Assembly: GCA_013239625.1 (NCBI GenBank)
Contig: MU057344.1
Coordinates: 250,276 to 314,275 of the forward strand
DNA: 64,000 bases
Source: Lama guanicoe
Taxonomy: Eukaryota
Reading direction: 5' to 3'
Part shown: positions 25,201 to 39,000 of the stretch, piece after piece
Layout of the letters: each line of letters starts with the position of its first letter
Position numbering within the stretch: the stretch's first letter is position 1
Notes under the pieces: model-generated
Databases searched by the model: none
Told to the model about the DNA's origin: nothing
Seen by the model: the letters and a program-made list of their open reading frames with translations, nothing else
Made by a program: the position numbers and the translations under genes

Positions 25201-26534
25201 AGCCCCTCCTTCAGGTCCCATAAGCTTTCTGCACAGCCTCACACTGCCCGGGCTAGGGGCTGCAGATCAGTGGTGCCAACTTGCTGCCCACTGCAAGGGC
25301 AGAGAGTACACGTTCACCCCGAGCTCGGATAGCGCCAGCTCCCCTTTGCACCAAGAGGTCCAAGGGATGGGTCAGGGGCCAGAGGTTTGAGGAGAGGTGA
25401 GACGGCCCTCTAGGGCCACTCTGGGAAGAAAGCCAGCCTGGGAAACCAGGATGGGCCCCAGGGCAGCCTCACTGAGGATCTGCCAGCATCAGAGGCCTGC
25501 GTCCTCTTTGCACGCATTGTCGGTGACCGTGAAGGGGCATCAGGCAGGCATCTTGGCCAAGCGCACTGGCAGAGGCTGTCTCCGGCTCTTGCATGCCTCT
25601 GCTCCCCCGAGTGGAGCTGAAACCTCCAGCACCTCGTGGTCTTTTATTTTGATTCATGGTAATTCTTCGATCACCAGGGGCGCAAAAGTCTAGGGGCCAT
25701 GAGGTTTCCATGGCCACCCTGGGGCTGACTGTGCAGCGCCTGCCTTTAGCTCGGGTGAGCCGGTTAAGGCCTCACACTTCGTGTGCAGGGAGGGGCACGG
25801 AGACACACCCCTGCCACTCATTCCCGCGTTCTCCATCCCTCCAGCCCCGTGTCGGTGCCGGAGCCGGCACTCTCCCTCAGTGCTGGTCAACTAGCAGCCC
25901 ACTCTACTGTCCTCAGACACAGGTTTCCCACCTTGGAACCTTTGCACAGAAAGCTGCTATGCGTGTTTCTGTTTGCTCCCAGGGTGGACAAAGCGTTGGG
26001 GTCAGGAGCCCCAGTTTCTGTGCAGGACTGTAGGGTGCCGCCCACTACTGGGACTCCCAGGGGGTTGTTCAGGGCCCGAGTCCCCCTGGATGGCATCAAG
26101 CAGGCCTCGGCAGACTCGAGGGCCCTTCAGGCGCCGATGGGGGTATTGGGGTCATCACGTGCTCAGGTCCAGCAGGGAAGAAAGAGACACTTGTGTCCTC
26201 TCTTGGAAGGGGTACCCAGAGACCCCCCAGATGGTCCTAAAACGCCCTTTGGGACCATGGCCTCAGGGTTCCCACCTGCTCCATTAGGATCCAGCCCAGC
26301 AGCCCCTGCCGGCCCCTCTCGAGTGGCCCCAGTGCCCTCGGGTCCATTCGCCCGGATTAAGATCTTGCCTGACTCTCAGTGCACAGGGACTTGGATGTGC
26401 CCAGAGGACAGGGGGACAGCAGCCCTGGGGTCTCTGAGTGCCCCACAGGAGCCCCTCCCCACACCCTACCCACCGTGGGTGTGCAGCCCTCAGCCCACCT
26501 GTGCCCAGTCACAGACCCTCGTTTGCCAACGTCG

Positions 26535-26540
26535 TTTATT
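26535..26540 (-). terminator. Poly(A) signal AATAAA of TNFRSF4
   Basis: tttatt on the plus strand, ~190 nt past the stop. A second AATAAA at 25643-25648 could be a distal site. Confidence 0.75.
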
Positions 26541-26727
26541 GGGGCCCCGCCCGGGTGGGGAGTATGCACAGCATACGTAGCAGAGCCCAGGGGGCCAGCC
26601 CAGGAGCACCTAAAACGGCACAGGGCAGGGCGACAGGTGGGGCAGCCTGCGCCTGGGAGGCCCTTGATGCCCCTCTGGGGCCCCGGCCTGGGAAGGGGGC
26701 GCCGGCTCCCATGACGGTGGACGCAGC

Positions 26728-29399
26728 TCAGATCTTGGCCAAGCTGGAGTTGGCGTCGGCGTGCTCCTCTTGGATAGGGGTCCGGAAGCTGTTTCCCCCT
26801 GGGAAGAAGGAAGGATCGAGAGGTGGGAGGTGGGCAGGGGTCCCGCACCTCCAGGAGGCAGTCTGGTCTGGGGCCCCACCATGGGCACTCACCTGGGGGC
26901 TTGGGGGCGTTGGGTGACAGCCTCCAGGCCCTGTGGTGCAGGAGTAGGGCCAGCATGGCAGCCACAGGGGCCAGCAGACCCAGGCCCAGGCCCAGGCCCA
27001 GGACAGCAGCCAGCTCGGGGCCTGTAGGGAGGCGGGGCCTGTTGGGGTGGGGTCCACAGAAGAAGGGGCCCAGTGCAGGGGGGCCCCAATGAGGCCACAG
27101 GGTGGCTCCATCCCAACCCTCCCTCCCTACCCTACTCCCCTTCTGGGTTGGGGGAGAGCCCTGCTGGGACGAGGCCAGGTCTCCTTACCCTTGAGGGGCT
27201 CTGTGTGGGGTGTGGAGGGCCCCTGTGAGGCCCTGGGCCAGGCAGTGGTGGGCTGGGCAGTGGGGGACCGGGCTGGGGGGCCCTGGGTCTCCCAGGGCGG
27301 TGTGGCTGAGGGGCCCTTGTCTTCACAGACAGCGTCCGAGCTGTTGCTGGCCACCCGCAGTGTGCGCTTTCCCACCAAGGTGCAGCTGAGGAGGGCAAGG
27401 GTGTTGATCAGGTCGGAGTACCCCCCAGCTCCTCCTCCAGCAATCAGAGGAGTCATGGGGAGGAATGAGGGGCCCACAGTGGGTCACCTCCGGCAGCAAC
27501 AGAGTCCAGGATCCACCAGGCCCCCAGGAGCCTTGGCCCTCCCAGCCCTCATCCGTCACTCACCCTGCTCCCCACCGGCCCCTCCAGACCTGTCCCCACT
27601 GCGCCTTTCCCTCCACACCCCGCTGCCCTCTCCTCCTGTCCCCACCACGGAGGTCCTGCGAGGACAGGACACAGCTCTCAGCTGTGACTGAGGGAGGCCT
27701 CACACACTCCTGGGCCTGGGCTGGGGTCTCTCAGCCCTCCCACTCCAGCTCAGCAGGAAGGCCAGTGAGGGGAGCCTGGGCCAGGGCTGAGCTGTGGGGC
27801 TGGGGCCCTGGGGGAACCAGGGGTCATGGGAGTCAAGGGCCAGCGGACAGAGATCACAATGGGGGCACAGAGGCCGGGGGGCAGGGCCTAGGAGCTCCCC
27901 GACAGCAGCTCCCTACCCGCAGACCTGAGTCCGGGTGCACAGACCCCAGGCCACCCGAGTCCTCCAGCCCCTGAAACACTCACTTGGTCCAAGGCTGGCA
28001 GGCCTGGTTGTTGCCGGGCGAGAAGTGTCCTGGTGGGCACGGGGCACAGTCTGCAACGAAGTCAGCGGGCTCTGCACATCTGCCCTGCCCGGGGGCGCTT
28101 GGCCTCCAGAAGCCCCTCCCAGCTGCATGATGCCCCCTGGCCCTGATCCGGGGGCCCCCGTACCCTGTCTTGGCATGACCTACTGGGCGAAGGGGTCCAT
28201 GGCCAGGCTTTGGGGCAGGGCTTCTGGGGGAGATGACAGCATGGGGGACACGCTCCTTTCACATGGTTCCAAGGGCTCCCCACCCCTGGCCAGAACTCAC
28301 CGACTCCACGCTTGTAGCCGTGGCCCTCCAGGGGCTGGGTGCCTGGCCGGCAGTGGCAGACTGTGTCCCTTGTGGGTGTACATCTCTGCTTGGGTTCGCT
28401 CCCACTTCCTGGGGGTCAGGTGGGGTGGGCACAGTCAGTGGGGAGGCCTGAGCCCCAGAGCAGGCCGGTGACCAAGGCCAAGGGTCGGCATCCGCCTCCC
28501 CCAGGCCAGTAGCCCCCTCAGAGCCAGGCAGCTCCTAGTCCTCTCCCATCCCTCCTGCCACATGTCCTCAGGAACTGCTACCCTCCTGCCAGCCTGCTCA
28601 GGACCCTCTGTGGCCCTTGACTTCAGGTCTCACCCCCACCCCGGCCATGTGGCCCTGGCCCCTCTGGAGGGGTAGGCGCCTTGTGGGAAGCCTCAGCTCC
28701 TCATGGGAACCCCAGGGCAGAGCAGACCCCATTGTGGGTTTGTTCTGTGGCTGTGGGACCCTGTGTGGTCTCCTGTGGAATGGCCGGGCCTGGTGCATAG
28801 TGGGGCTCACTCTGGCTGCACTGTGTGCAGGGCTTGCAGGCCTCGTAGTTAACCGCTTCGTTGTAGAAGCCGGGGGCGCACGGGTGGCACACTGTTTCCT
28901 GGGAGTTGGTGCAGCGGCTCTCCATCCCATAACCTGCCGCAGAAGGCCGGGGTCAGGAAGCGGCATGGCCTGGCCTCGCGCTCCCTCGGCAGCCCGCCGC
29001 CCAGCCTCAGGCTGGCCCACTGTCCCGGGGTGGCTCCAGGTCACCCACCATCCTGGAGTGTCACCTACCCTGTCACCGAGTCCAGTTGCCCCACAACGCC
29101 TGCACCACGTGACCCATCTGTAGGCCCCTCTCTGTCCCCACCTCCCCCCCACCCTGTTCCCCATCTACATGTTCCCCGTCTCTGTGTCCCCTGACCCCAT
29201 CTCCTTATCCTGTGTCCCTGCAGGCTCCCCTCCCCTGCTCCATGTCTGGGGACTCACCAGGCAGGCACTCTTTACAGCACTTGCTGCCACTGGGGTAGGT
29301 GCCGTCACCGCAGCTGGGCTGGGCCGCAGCGCCAAGCGCGAGCCCCAGGAGCAGGAGGGCTGAGCCAGGCGCCCTAGGTGGTTGGGCTCCCACGCGCAT
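26728..29399 (-). CDS. TNFRSF4: TNF receptor superfamily member 4 (OX40/CD134), 278 aa
   Basis: Exons 29399-29258, 28933-28811, 28408-28301, 28050-27984, 27385-27189, 27021-26893, 26798-26728 (837 nt, in phase). CRDs (KCCKECLPG, GFYNEAVNYEACKPCT, CPPGHFSPGNNQACQPWTNCTL), Ser/Thr/Pro stalk, TM LGLGLGLGLL, TRAF motif PIQEE, C-terminus LAKI. Confidence 0.97.
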
Positions 29400-29419
29400 T
29401 CTCGACTCCGCAGCTCGGG

Positions 29420-29480
29420 AGTCTGGGGTTTTTCCTTGCAGGAAGTGGCTATAAGGGCTGCGGGGGAGGGGTGGGGAGGG
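29420..29480 (-). promoter_or_regulatory. TNFRSF4 proximal promoter
   Basis: Just upstream of the ATG: kB-like GGGTTTTTCC (29426-29435), ETS CAGGAAGT, weak TATA-like CTTATAG on the minus strand, G-rich Sp/KLF-type boxes. Confidence 0.5.
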
Positions 29481-30319
29481 CAGGAGGAGGAACTAGGAGG
29501 AAGGAGGCCCCAGGAAGGGCTGGTGACCCCAACCCAGGCTGGTGGTGGGAAGGCAGCTTGTCTGGGAAGCCCCCTCCCAGCCAGCCATGGGTTTGTCTTC
29601 TGCCCTGGGCCCCAAGGCTCCCAACCCCTCAACAAGGCCCACTGCCGTCAGGCCCAGTCCAGGTGGCAGCTGGACACTGATCCAGACCCCCACTGCACCC
29701 CAAGTGGGGACCTGCAGCCCCAGCCCTGCCAGGGCCAGGCCAGGTCCTCCAACCCCAGTGGTCTGCACTCGCCCCTCACACTGGACCCTTCCCACTCCTG
29801 CTTCACAAGAAAGTGGGGTCTCTTCGGCCAGGCGTCCTGGGTGTCCCCCTGCCCTGCCCAGCGTGGCCAAGCTGCCTGGACCAGGATGGTCCTGGGATCC
29901 GTCCATGTGGCTCAACTCTTCTGGGCACCCACTCTCCCTGCACAGGGCAGACCCCTCAGGAGGAGCGGCAGCTGCTCCTGCAGTCCCCCACAGAAGGCCC
30001 TGGCCACACCTGTCCTCAACCCCTCGTCCGCAGACAGGTGCACAGAGCACATGGGTCAGCTGAGGCAGAACAGGATCAGGGCACAGGCTCCCTCGCAGTA
30101 TGGACCTTCTCCTGGCATCAGCTGCAGTGGGTGGAGGGTGGCAGTGCCCAGGGCTCCAGAGTGTGGGCACTAGCCCAAGTCTCCAAACCCAGCTCAGACA
30201 GATGCAGCAGCCAGCAGTTCTGGTGGGTGAGATGCCTCGTGACCAGCGCCCACAGTGAGTGTGCACGTGTGTGAGTGTGTGTGCAGGCACGTGCTGGTGA
30301 GAGACCAGCTGAGCTCAGG

Positions 30320-30610
30320 GTTAGGGGTGAGTTCACGTCAGCACCCCAAATTCACACGTGGAAGCCCTGACCCCTGGGTGGCTATATTTGGAGACACTAA
30401 GGGGCAATTAAGGTCGGATGAGGTCATAAGGGGACCTGATCCAATGTGACTGGTGTCCCTCTAAGAGGAAGAAGTCAGGGCACAGACCCACACGCAGGGA
30501 TGACACCCTGGTCTCGGACATCCAGCCTCCAGGCCGGGGAGAGGTAAGCACCCGCCTCCAGACTGCCTGAGCAGACTCAGCGCTTGCTGCTGGCCAAGCC
30601 CAGCCCCGTA
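30320..30610 (+). mobile_element. MaLR (MLT1-type) solo LTR fragment
   Basis: MLT-like text: gtggctatatttggagac...attaaggt...gaggtcataaggg...atccaatgtgactggtgtccctctaagagg. Boundaries approximate. Confidence 0.6.
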
Positions 30611-31129
30611 TCCCAGGTGTGGCATGTGCCTGGGAGCGTGTGGGCCACGTCTGTGCATGTGCACGTGGCTCTGGCCGCACATGCCAGCAGTGTGTGCTGC
30701 TCCTGTGAGCACCTGGGGATGTGCCCGGGGGCTCCCGTGAGGAAAAACCACCCGCTCTGGCCCCAGTCCCTACACCCACCAGTAGGACAGAGGCTAGAGC
30801 CACCGTGCGATTGACCCACGGAGCCGTGTGTCCTCAGACGTGGGCCAGGCAGTCCTGGGACAGGCGGCGGTGGTGGGGGTCTGTTTGCCAGCCACTGCGG
30901 GGCGTGAGGCAGAGCACAGGTGCACACACACGCGCGCGTGCACATGCTTTCTCCTGTGCAAAGCCCTGACCACTGGTGGCCCTGAAACACGGAGGCCATA
31001 CTGTATCCTTCGGTGCCTTTAAATCTTAACCATGAGACAGGATTATCTGCTTAACAGTTAACCTTAAAGTTCAGGTGGGTGGGGGGGCCTCCTGCAGGGA
31101 AAGATAGGGGTGGGGGATTGACAGGCGCT

Positions 31130-31198
31130 GGAAATTCCCCTTCTCCTGGGGGGGCACAGGTGAGGAGCTGAGCTCCCGGCCCACCTGCGGGAAATTCC
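31130..31198. promoter_or_regulatory. Pair of consensus NF-kB sites upstream of TNFRSF4
   Basis: GGGAATTTCC (minus, 31130-31139) and GGGAAATTCC (plus, 31189-31198), ~1.75 kb upstream of the OX40 ATG. Confidence 0.65.
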
Positions 31199-33079
31199 AC
31201 CTCAGCCTGGCTCCACCCCCAGGCAGGGGCCACGCCTCCCCCAGAGACAGGGTCCACGGGGCAGGGGTGGATTGTCCACACGCGTGGTGTGTATATGTGT
31301 GAGCGTGTGCGGGCCTCGTCTGCCACTGATGGCGAGAAAAAAGTTTAAAGACAAACCACAGCCTCTGAGGCCGGGGTGACTGGAGGGCAGGGGAGCAGAG
31401 CCACACTCCAGGGCAGACCCTCCCCTTGCTGGGGGCCACGTGTGGGCCGCCCACCCTCTGGCGGTGCTGGTCTCTGCCACCCAAGGCCCCAGACACCAGG
31501 CAGCAGACAGGGGTCTGCTTGCAGGTGACCCCTGGACAGACAACTATGCGTCACCTGCAAGCCAGCCTGGCTGGCTCACACCTCTGTCTGAGCATCACAC
31601 ACCGACTGGCTCGTGCCCACCCGCCCGCACGGGCCTGGCCCACCACAGGGACCGCCCACCCACCACGCAGGCTGGTCTCCGTTCTGAAAACAGCCTTTCC
31701 TCTTGTTTGTCTGGAAACCAAGCCAGGTGTCACCACGCCCTGCTCCTCTGTGGCAGGGCCTCCCCACGCTGCTCGGAAGCAGGTCCCTGTGGCAAGGGCT
31801 AGTCACGTGGGCAGCTCAGGGCGGCCCCTCTGCCCACCCAGCCGGAGCCCCCAGCCCCAGCAGGGCCTTCAAAGGCCCGAGCACACCACTGGCCTGGTGT
31901 GCTGTCCACAGAGCGCCAAGGGCCACGGCTCAGGGATCTGAGGGGTGACTGGCAGAGAGGGCGGCAGTGGGGTGGTAAGCTTAGTGGGTGCACAGATCAG
32001 AGACCCTCCCTCGGTCATTTAAAGCCTCACTGCTCAATCCCCCCATCCCCACATGCCAGCCAACCACTGGGCACAGCTGACCCCCAGAAAGGCCTGGTGT
32101 GGCAGCGGGACTGGCCAGTGGAGGACAGAGCCTTGTCCACAGGCTCCCAGTCCCCTAGGCCGCCCCCACCCTGTCCCCTACACCAAGCCCCAGGCCAGGA
32201 CCTGGGTGGTTCTCAAGGGCTCCCCAGTTCCCCACCCCATCCCGGGGGCCTAGGGCTTGTCCTCAGAGATGCCCTCTCCACCTCAAACTCCCACGTCCTT
32301 CCGGACCCTCCCAGGTGGTCTCACCCAGGCCTGGACTCCAGGCTCCTGACTTCAAATCTGCAGCCCAGACCCCAACTCCTGTTCTGCAGGAGGCCCCTCC
32401 CTGTCTCCCAGCCCCTCACACGCAGCCCCCAACCAGGACCTTGGTCCTGCCTGGTCCTCTCCCCGGTGTCACCCTTTCCGTCGCTGCCAAGCGGGGCGCT
32501 CAAGCCCGCGCGACAGTCCTGACTCACAGATGATCGCAAGCACCGGGGAGCCCAGTATTCAAACCAAACCGCCCACCGCAAAGCTTCAAGTGGAAGCCAC
32601 CTGGCCACAAATGTTCCAAGTTGTCGTCTACATGGCTTTTTTCCCACACACACAAAAAATGAAGCTGGGAGAAAAAGGCAACTATATTTTAAAGTAAGTT
32701 AATGTGATTCCTGTCACAAGTACTCGCATTTTCTCGGAGACTGAACACCATGGGCCAGATGATTCTCACAGCCCCGCCCAACACAGTGGGAGGAGCGGCA
32801 CCCAGCTGCTGGTTTCCAGCAGAGCAACTCAAACATCATCTTAATCTTTCAGTTTTCAAGGAAACAGCAGGAGCTGTGTTATTTCCCACGGTGTGGCAAG
32901 CCCGGGGCCCTGATGTGGTCAGTGCCTTCGGCAGAAGGGCTCTGAGTTCTCAGAAGCGAGATGCAGCGATTACGCGGGAACCGAAGCACGGTTGCGGGAC
33001 GCGGTGCTCAGCACGTCTCAGAAGAGTCGAGCAGGCGGGTGGCAGGTGGGAGGGGGGGAAGAGGGAGGGGCGGGGCGAC

Positions 33080-36000
33080 TCAGAACTCCTCGTGCACGCT
33101 GCGGGCATAGTCCACCAGCTTGCTGCCAGTGAAGAACTCACTGTACTTGAGGACCTCCTCTGGCTCGAGGTGCTGGTTCTGGTTCTCGTCGGCAATAGCG
33201 ATCATCTGCTTGGCCTCATTGAGTGCGCTGTACTCATTCATGGGGTCCATGTAGTCCTGCAAGAGCGCCGGGTCAGCCCCTCCACCCGCAGGCGCCCTCC
33301 TCGGGCCTCTGCCCGGGAACCACCTGGGGGACGCCCGAGCTAGGTCAGCTCCCGCCTCAGGGAAGCAGCAGCAGGGCTGGGACACTAACCAACTACAGAC
33401 TCAAGGCGTCACTCACAATACCCTGTAGGCTGGTAGGAAGAAACTGCAAGACAGGGATGTGGGCATGTTCTGGAATGTTCTGGAAGGCGGACGCCAGGCT
33501 GGATGTGGCTCAGGGTCAGGCAGCCTTCACTCGTGTGGGCACCTGCCCATCCTCGTCAGGGTGCCCGGCCATGGAAGGGCAGGGCAGGGAGAAGGGAGGC
33601 CTTGGCGCAGGTCACACACACACGCACAGACACGGACACAGACTGACTCGGCTGCAGGAGGGCTGTGCCAACAGGAAGGAGTCCCTACACCAGAGATGCC
33701 CCCAGCTATCAACAGGGATCAGAGAATTCTGGCGTAAAATGAAATGACTCATCCAGCAATGGGAAAAAAACAAGCCCCACGCAGCACCCACACACACCAC
33801 CAGTGACAACACTCAGAAGCTGTCCCGCTGGGCCGCCACTTCTCAGATCCCGAGTGGATGCGTCACCCCAGGCACCCGACCCGGTGACGAGCACAGGTGC
33901 CTCAGATCTCAGCGGGAAAGCGGATGACACTGGCGGGCAGGGCCCCAGGGAGCCACTAGCACCTCCATGGGCTCCGGGGCTCCAGGTCCCCTGGCCAAGG
34001 AACCAAGGGAACAGCCACAGCCAGACCAACCCTGCCATCCTGGCTCAGGACGGTCCCATGGGGGCTCCTCTCTGCTCGGTGCCCCTCGGCCCCCAGGGCC
34101 TGCGCTCACCTCCAGCTCTGCCATGGTGACCACCCCGTCGTGGTTGGCGTCAATCAGCTCCTCGAACTCCCTCCTCCTGTCCCTCACCCAGCTGTCATCG
34201 ATGTCCTGGCCCTGCTGGTTTTCCACAGTGCCCACGGGCAGGGAGATGAACTCGGGCAGCGAGAGCCTCTTGTCACCATCCTGGTCTGCAAGGCGAGGGG
34301 GCAGATACTCAGGCTCGAGCAGGCACAGGGCTGTCGAGGACTCTCAGGAGAAAAGTCCACCGATGGGGTCCAGCTGCCAGGTTTTCATTTGTGAGGTTTC
34401 AGCCCAACCCTGAACAGGTATGTCTCACAGGACCTACAGCCACGTGGCACCAGCCTCATCGGGCAGCCACCCCCACCCAGGCCTGGCCCGTGCTGAGCTC
34501 TGCCAGGAGGGTGGGCTGGCCGTGGACAGCAGCCCCTGCCCAGTCCCGCGGACGGGCCTCACCCAGGTCCCGGACGATCTCCTTGACCATGAACTGGAGC
34601 ATGCCGCGGCTGTGCTCAGGGTGGAGGAAGGACAGGAACTCGGCCTCGGTCAGCAGCAGGTCCGGGGGCGGGCTGTCTGCCTGATACCAGCGGTCTTTGA
34701 GGTTCTCCAGGACTTCCTGTGCTGAGAGACAGGCATCCGTGAGGATCTGGGCACATGAAACCCCCACACGCATCCAGAAAGTTCCAAGACGCACTGCTGC
34801 GTGCAGAGGGCCAGCTCCGGGCGAGGCAGCATCCGAGGCCAAGGGCCTTGCCCCTCAGAGGGAGCTTGGCCCCCAGGGAGGCAGACGGCATGGACCCACC
34901 CCAGACGGAAGCACACACACCCCTAGATGTGGACACAGACCCCCTCAGACACAGATCCCCCTCCCCATCCCACACACACAGACCCCTGGACACAGACCCC
35001 CTCAGACACAGATCCCCCTCCCCCTCCCACACACACAGACCCCTGGACACAGACCCCCTCAGACACAGATCCCCCTCCCCCTCCCACACACACAGACCCC
35101 TGGACACAGACCCCCTCAGACACAGATCCCCCTCCCCCTCCCACACACACAGACCCCTGGACACAGACCCCCTCAGACACAGATCCCCCTCCCCCTCCCA
35201 CACACACAGACCCCTGGACACAGACCCCCTCAGACACAGATCCCCCTCCCCCTCCCACACACACAGACCCCTGGACACAGACCCCCTCAGACACAGATCC
35301 CCCTCCCCCTCCCACACACACAGACCCCTGGACGCAGATCCCCACCACCACACACAGACACAGACCAACCCCTCAGGACACAGACCACCCCAAATTCCCA
35401 CCCCCCCACAGACCCCTCCCACACACAGACACAGACCCCCAGACGCTGCACTGCCCCTGACTCGCGGCGCTCCGGGGAAGGGGAAAGTCTGTGGTGAGGC
35501 TGGCCGTTGTCTGCAGGGACAAAGGCACGACTTGGTTCCTTCCCATGTTTTCACGTGCACCTGCTGTCCACGGGGCAGGGCTCTGAAGGAAAACCCAGTT
35601 TCCAGACATGAAACACTCTCACCGCGATCCCCGTGGGGAGCGCGGGCCCCTGGGGTCAGCGACTCTCTGGGTGTCCAGCCAGGCAAGCAGGAAGAGGCCA
35701 GCACAGTGCTCTCTCCCCCATCCCACCCCCGGGTCCCGATGCCAGCTCTCAGCTGGGAACAGGGACGCCCAGGCCCTGGCCTGGTCACAGCGGGGGAATG
35801 GCTGGACCCCACTCAATGCCTGCTGCCTCACACCTTACTGCCTTCTGACCAACAGAAGCCCCAGGGCGGCTGCTCTAGGCAGCAAGTGCACCTCGGGCAG
35901 GCGGGAGTGACCGGTGGTGCCCCACCCCTCTACCACAGGGACCACACGCTGGGCACAGGCTTGCCATGTCCCCCCAAAGCCTGCGGTGGGACCTGATTTG

Positions 36001-39000
36001 GATAAAAGGTCTTTGCAGCTGTAATTAGTTAAGGATCTTGTGATCACCCAGGATTTCAGGTGGGCCCTAAACCCAGGTGTCCTTGTGTGAAGGGAGTCAC
36101 AGAGACTGGGGAGAAGTGGCCACACGCAGGGACGCCGGCAACACCAGGCTGGAGGGACGCCTGGGAGGGACCCCCTTCCCGTGATGCCTTGTGCCAGCGG
36201 CCCCAGAAACCCACATGGATGTGCTGCATGACCCCGAGCTCACATCTTAGCACCCCCAGCCCCCTGACAGCTGCTCTGCACTTCTGACCCCTAGACCTGC
36301 TCACCCCCCGAGACTGAGTGTGAGATGAGGCCGGGCAATGGGCTGCAGGCAGAGGGCGGAATCCCAAATTCACCTGCTCAAGTCCCAGAAGAGGACAAAG
36401 ACACCAAGCAGTCTAGACCCCGACCCCATACGCTTGAGGGAAGGAGCACTGAAGACAGGCAGGCAGACAGCCGGCAGCCACCCTGGAAGCTGGCAACGAC
36501 TCTCCAATGTGGGCAGGAGGACAGAGGCCCCCAGACGCTCTAAAGGATGCCTTCGGGGCAAATCCGAACCACAGAACAAACAAAAGAAACACAACATGGG
36601 AACAAATATGGAAAGAGCCAACAACCACTTTAGAAAAAATGGCCAGTGGTTGAGAAGCGTCCCATGAACTAGGAAAGGGGTCTCTATCCAATCCAGGAAT
36701 AGGGTAGATTGTTCTTGACTTAGACTCTATTCAGTTAAATGTGCGTTATCAATAGAGTAAGCAGAAAAAAATTAAAGTGTAAGACCCAATCCACCTTTCC
36801 ATAAACAGCCAGCCTCCACCGGCACAACTCGAGAGCCGGGAGCCCTGTTCTCAGCCGTCAGGGTCGTGCTTAAAGCTGAGAAACATGCTGAGAGAGGGGA
36901 AGTCGGGGCTCTTCATCCCAACATCAGCAGAGGGAAAAGATGAAAGGGGAGAAAGGAAGTAGAAATCTAAGTGAGCTTAACTCGTCTGTTGTCAAAAAAA
37001 TTCAAACTGGCTCACGAAACAAAGCTAAACTCTATGTAGTCCTTAAAAAACCAAAATGCTTTAGAAAGACGAAGGCTCAAGGGGGGTTCACGGGTGAATC
37101 CTACCAAACCCATGAGGAAGAGGTCACACACACCCGCACAACCTCTTCCAGAGGAGGGAAGCAGCGAGTACACATCCTAATTCACTCTGTGAGGCCGAGA
37201 CCATCTTAACACCAAAACTAGAAAAGAAAACTAGACCAGTATCTCACATGAACACACAGCAAAACACTCAACAGAACACTCGCAGATCAAGTCCAGAAAT
37301 GCATAAAAAATTACACACCACAACCAGGCGGGATTTATCACAGGAAAGCAAGGTCAGCTCAGCATCTGTAATCAGCTGATAAACTCCACCACATCACCAG
37401 GCCAGTGAAGAACAGCCACATGACCGTGTCAACAGATGCAGATAAGCGTATGACGAAACCCAACACCCAGACATGATCACAACTCTCAGCAAACTAGGAG
37501 CAGAGGGGAACCCGCCAACTGGACGAGGAAATCCACAAAACCTACAGGGAAGATTACATGCAAGAGCGAGAAATTCGAAGCTTTCCCACTAAATTCAGAG
37601 ACAAGGCTAGGACTTGTCCCTCTCACTGCTGCTTTTCACACAGCACTGGAAGCCCAAGCTCACGCATTAAGACAAGAAAAGGAATAAAAGTGGGAAATAA
37701 ACTGTCTTTGTTCAACGATGTCATGATCGCCTCGGTGGAAAATCCAAAAGAGCCAACAAAAAAATCCTGGAACTACTGAGCCATGCCAGCAAAGCTGCAG
37801 GACAGGAAGTTGCCAGACAAAAGACAATCACTTCCCTGTGTACCAGCAAGGCACAAGTGGAATTAAAAACTAAGAGCAAATGCAAAGAGGACGAAGGCAC
37901 AGGCTGCAACCCTGATGTCAGACGGGGAGGCCAGTCCTACGAACACTCACCCTGACAGAGAGTGGCGCCCACAGTGCATCTAAAAACGACAACAACGAAC
38001 ATCTGTGGGCCAAAGAACACAGCAGCAGCCCTCACAAAGCAGAGGCAGGAAGGGCGGTGGGACACCAGCAGGAGGCTGCGACACACTCACCCCAACAGCC
38101 AAGCGGACACAAGACACAGGGCAGCATCACAGGTACAGAGATGCCCCAGAGAAGATCCTGCAGGTGGCACACTGGACGCCACGAGACCACAATGGGGACG
38201 ACCCCCCAGGAAAAGAAGAGCAGGAGACGAATGCCTCCACAGGCCTGCTCGGACAGGCAGTAAACAGGCCCTGGGGAAGGGTAGGGTGGCTCAGAGCTGC
38301 AGACAGTCACCCGCACAAAGGTTTAGAACTCAGCCATCAGGCACAGACTTTCTATCAGTTTCTAAAAGAACGTCTCTGATACGCTAAGGGGAGGGAGAGT
38401 CTGTCCTCAGGCCCAGGCCCGCGCACCTCTGGCTCCAGCTCCCACCCGCCTCCACGAGCCTCAGGCAGATGCCCCACCAACCTCACCGACTCTCGGGATT
38501 TGGACTTCATCCAGAACTGGGGACCTGTCCTGGCCAAGGCCTGCCGCCCAGTGCTTCTGGCACCTCCCGCCACCTCCTCCCCAGAGCTCAAGCCCACGCC
38601 AGGCTGCCAGCTGCCCCCATCCACCAAGTCTGGAGGGTCCTGGGTGTTCTGCCTAATGGACCCGTAGAAGCGCCCGGATGGCCACGCCCACCTGTCACCC
38701 CTACGGCATTGGCATGACTCCACCTGCCTCCCCCACCCCCACAGCATCAGCAAGGCCCAGCGCGGGAGGGGCACTCACTCTCTTCATCAATGTTCAGCTC
38801 CCACTTATTCTTTATCTTCTCGGCAACTTCTTTCTCACTGTGACCTTTGCTGGCCAAAAACTTCACCTTATACTCATCCCATGACACGTGGCCTGAAAAA
38901 ACACACCGACTTGTTAGCAGGTTTAACAATGAAGGTCTTTAAAGAGCGATGCTTCTGTCAGGACCCTCGTGCTACCACAACTGCAAAGGCAGAAGCACCG

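Noticed and set aside
34616-35996. Long overlapping ORFs (398, 413 and 266 aa) with repeating peptides
   Set aside because: By-products of the 57-bp minisatellite inside an SDF4 intron. The units have no spacers, so this is not a CRISPR array either.
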